From Zygnema circumcarinatum SAG 698-1b (taxonomy: Eukaryota; Plantae; Zygnematophyceae): a stretch of DNA of 64,000 bases. Both the position numbers and the translations under genes were made by a program. The stretch spans positions 8,533,909 through 8,597,908 of the forward strand of contig CM074804.1 of assembly GCA_037447605.1 (NCBI GenBank), in the 5' to 3' direction. The notes under the pieces are model-generated. The model was not told the origin of the DNA, made no database searches, and was given only the letters and a program-made list of their open reading frames with translations. This document shows positions 61,201-64,000 of the stretch, piece after piece; position 1 is the first letter of the stretch; every line of letters begins with the position of its first letter.

Positions 61201-63686
61201 GCCTCCATGGCTTCAATCCCCGGGGTTGTCACAGTTTCCCGCTCTACTGGACTGAGTGGGTCCCTACATGTCGATCTTGGTGCTGTTGGCACGCAGTCGC
61301 CTCTCAAGTCCCAGAGCATTTCTGGAGGCTCAAATCTGGCACGGCTGGCTTTACCTGCAGCGGCTTCTGGTGATCGCCCCGTCACAGAGTCTGCTCCTGG
61401 GCTCTGGGTTGGAGCACTTGCTAAAGGAGGCACTCTCATATGTCGTGCTCGTGCGTATGCAATCGGCAAAGGTATTGACAATGCAATGTGAGTTATTCTA
61501 AGCTATCCCTGTGTTTGGCCCTGTATTGCGGTGTTCGCTACCATCGATCATTGTTTGGGAGTCCCTTAAACGTGTCTCTTACAGGTGCCCATTTTCAGGT
61601 AAGTCTCTGTTGTAAGATTCCGTCTTCCTGGTGGAGGCCACCTTGGGTTGAATTAACGTTTGTATTAATTACCTCAGTACGGGTCAGTGCTGAAGGATGG
61701 TAGTCTAGACTGCCTTGGACTTCATAGGCTGGGGGGAGGACCCACCGGCATGCCACATGTTTGACTTTCATTTTTTAAATGGTTCTGAATGGAGCCAGAG
61801 GTTATTTCTGAGAGAGTCCGCGGGAATTTCTGGAGGGCACAGAGAGTTGGGCGGGGAGAAAATGTTGACTTGGTTTTTCTCCCCGCGCGTCTGTTCCTAT
61901 TTATGAACCGAGCATTTAGTCAGAGGGAGTTTTTGGGGTCACGGTTTTTCTATTATTCTGACGAGTTATTCTTATTTTTGTTTTTTGTTTCAGAGCCGAG
62001 GTTATCAACTGTACCGCACGGACAGACTTGGATGTCCTGGCGAAGCACATAACCATGGCCCAAGATTTTGGAGTGGTGGCGCTCGTTCCAGCTGAGAATG
62101 CTGACATTGGTCCTTACGAGGATTTTGTGCAGTACTTGGGAGAAAAAAGACGAGCAGGAGTAGCGAAGCTGGTGGATGGTTCTACGCTCTTTTTGGTTCC
62201 ACCCTCCGATTTCTCACAAATCGTGTTGAAAGTCCCTCGGAAGGATGCGCTGTTTGGTGTGGCCCTGACAATGGCCCAGCCACAATCAGGGTCGTCTGGA
62301 CCTTCTCAGCTGCCTTCAGCCCAGTCACATCTCTTGCCAGCCCCCCCCCCGATTCAAATTGCTCAGCCTCCGGATGCACCTGCCCAGACAACGCCCTCGC
62401 TCGCTGCACAACCTGCTCCTGTTCTGTCTCAGACTCAGCCGAATTCCCTGCCCTCAGTGGGCCAAAGTGGGCCTGCCGCCCAGCAGAGTTTGCCGCAGGG
62501 CCTTTCGCCTGAGGTGTTGGCGTCTCTCACCTCTGCCCTCCTTCCGCAGACAGGGAGTCAGCAGGTTCGAGCACCTGCCCCCGTATCTGCAGCCCCGCAA
62601 GTAGGAAGCCAGTCTTCTGCCGGCTTGGCATCTGGTCCAGTCCAAGGCCAGGGGATCTCATCAATCAGGCCTGATGCGGGTAGTTCAGCAGGGTTACTAC
62701 AGACAACCTCCGCGATTCAGAGGCCCCAAGTGGCTTCTTCATTTGGAACCCAAGGTGGAATACTATGGCAACCTTCATCACAAGATCCCCAGCAGGGGCC
62801 TGCAGGCCTTCGCAATGGTTTGTCACAGCAGGAGATGCAGTCATACCTGCATCAGCAGCCACAGCAGCCTACGCACTTTGATGGACCTCAAGCCTCGTTG
62901 TCCGGGCCACAGCAAATGCAATCAGTGCCCTCTGTTCCTGGCGGATCATTCCAGCAGCAAGTGCAGCAGGGAGGCTTCCCGAGTGGGCAGGCTGTGCAGT
63001 ATCCGCAGCCATCGCAGGGCCAAGCCCGCCCTTCTCAGGGAGGTTCGCCCCTCCAGCTCCCTTCAGACCAGCTGGCGCAGCTGGCAGCAATGTTGTCGCA
63101 GAGACCGCAAGCGCCTTCACAGCCGTCTCAGCAGAGTAGTGTATATCTGCCGGGTCAGCAGCAGCAGCAGCCGCAGCCGCCGCCTCCACTGTCACAGCCG
63201 TCGTATGCGCAGCAACAGCCTCTGGCTGCAGCGCTGCAGCAAGCACAGCAAGGGCAGTTTCAATCCCATCCAGTTCCCCAGCCATGGCCTCCTCTCCCCT
63301 CACAGCCACTATATCCTCAGCAGCAAATGTTTGCACCTGCTCCGGTGCAGCAGGCCCCTCCACAGCTGCAGGCGCCACTACCACACATGCAGCAAGGTGC
63401 GCAGGGGCAGTGGGAGGGTCATGGGTCACAGGCTCAGCCCGTGGTTAGTCAGCCTCAGCCTCAACCCCAATCTCAGTCCTTGCCACAGAGTCAGCCTCCC
63501 GCTCAGCAGCAGCCTTCATCGCAGCCACAGCAATCGTCCAGTCAACAGCCTGGAAATCCAAATGACGTTGCGCTGCCAGCACAGCCTCAGGGTGAGGCAG
63601 AGGCCAAGCGATTCCAGGCTACACTCCAGTTGGCAGCCGCTCTTCTGCAACAAATGCAACAGCAGCAGCATATGAAGAACTCATAA
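58294..63686 (+). CDS. FPA: FPA-like Spen-family RNA-binding protein (3 RRM + SPOC + Q/P-rich tail); start uncertain
   Basis: RRM1 PSRHLWVGNV...YAFVNF, RRM2 PSRHLWVGGI, RRM3 PSEVLWVGFP...TYGFVQF, SPOC WVGALAKGGTLICRAR...FVQYLGEKRRAGVAKL...TLFLVPPSDF. Confidence 0.93.
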
Positions 63687-64000
63687 GGGAGAAACCGGAG
63701 GGCAGATCTTCACGGTCTACATGGTATGCCCCACTTCTCAAATGACCCACTGAGAATTATACACGTAGATTTACCCGGTCAAAACAACAGGCTTCTGCAC
63801 GTAACCCCCCCCCAGCACATGCCTTTGCCTCCGCCTTCCTACACACTTTCAGTTGCGAATCCTCTGCACACTTGTGCAAAACATGATGTCTTTCCAGAGT
63901 TGCCAGACGAAATGACCTGATAAGAGGGAAATGATGACTACATTCTGCATTTTCCACTAGCCGACTAAAACGGGAGTCAAGACTATTTAGCCATAATGTA

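Noticed and set aside
58294-63686. A flowering-time gene (FPA) in a presumably non-flowering organism
   Set aside because: Spen-family RRM-SPOC proteins are ancient RNA 3'-processing factors, so its presence is expected.

Overview
Eukaryotic nuclear DNA with GT-AG introns. The gene set looks plant-like (RCE1, IRE1, FAX4, ADNT1, organellar CysRS, UBTD, mTERF4, DUS1, FPA), but exons are very GC-rich and introns are full of microsatellites, so a streptophyte alga such as a zygnematophyte is the likely source (inference). The window has three parts. (1) 0.7-20 kb holds RCE1 and IRE1 head-to-head, then a ~10.6-kb locus whose exons splice in one continuous frame into a ~1,556-aa protein: signal peptide, GH26 hydrolase, unknown beta-rich domain, TM helix, ankyrin repeats and a bacterial-type (BcsA-like) processive GT2 synthase. 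It also carries two homologous 87-nt exons that look mutually exclusive. (2) 20.3-33.3 kb is a transposon nest: a 640-bp tandem unit interrupted by an LTR-like insertion, a full-length Ty3/Gypsy chromovirus with TSD, a 449-bp TRIM whose LTRs carry a tRNA-like Pol III cassette and share termini with that chromovirus, and a pol remnant. (3) 34.7-63.7 kb is compact housekeeping genes, mostly in divergent pairs, including a stand-alone LarC C-terminal (LarC2-like) gene with a transit-peptide-like leader. All exon models were built by hand from splice signals and frame continuity, and no database search was run.
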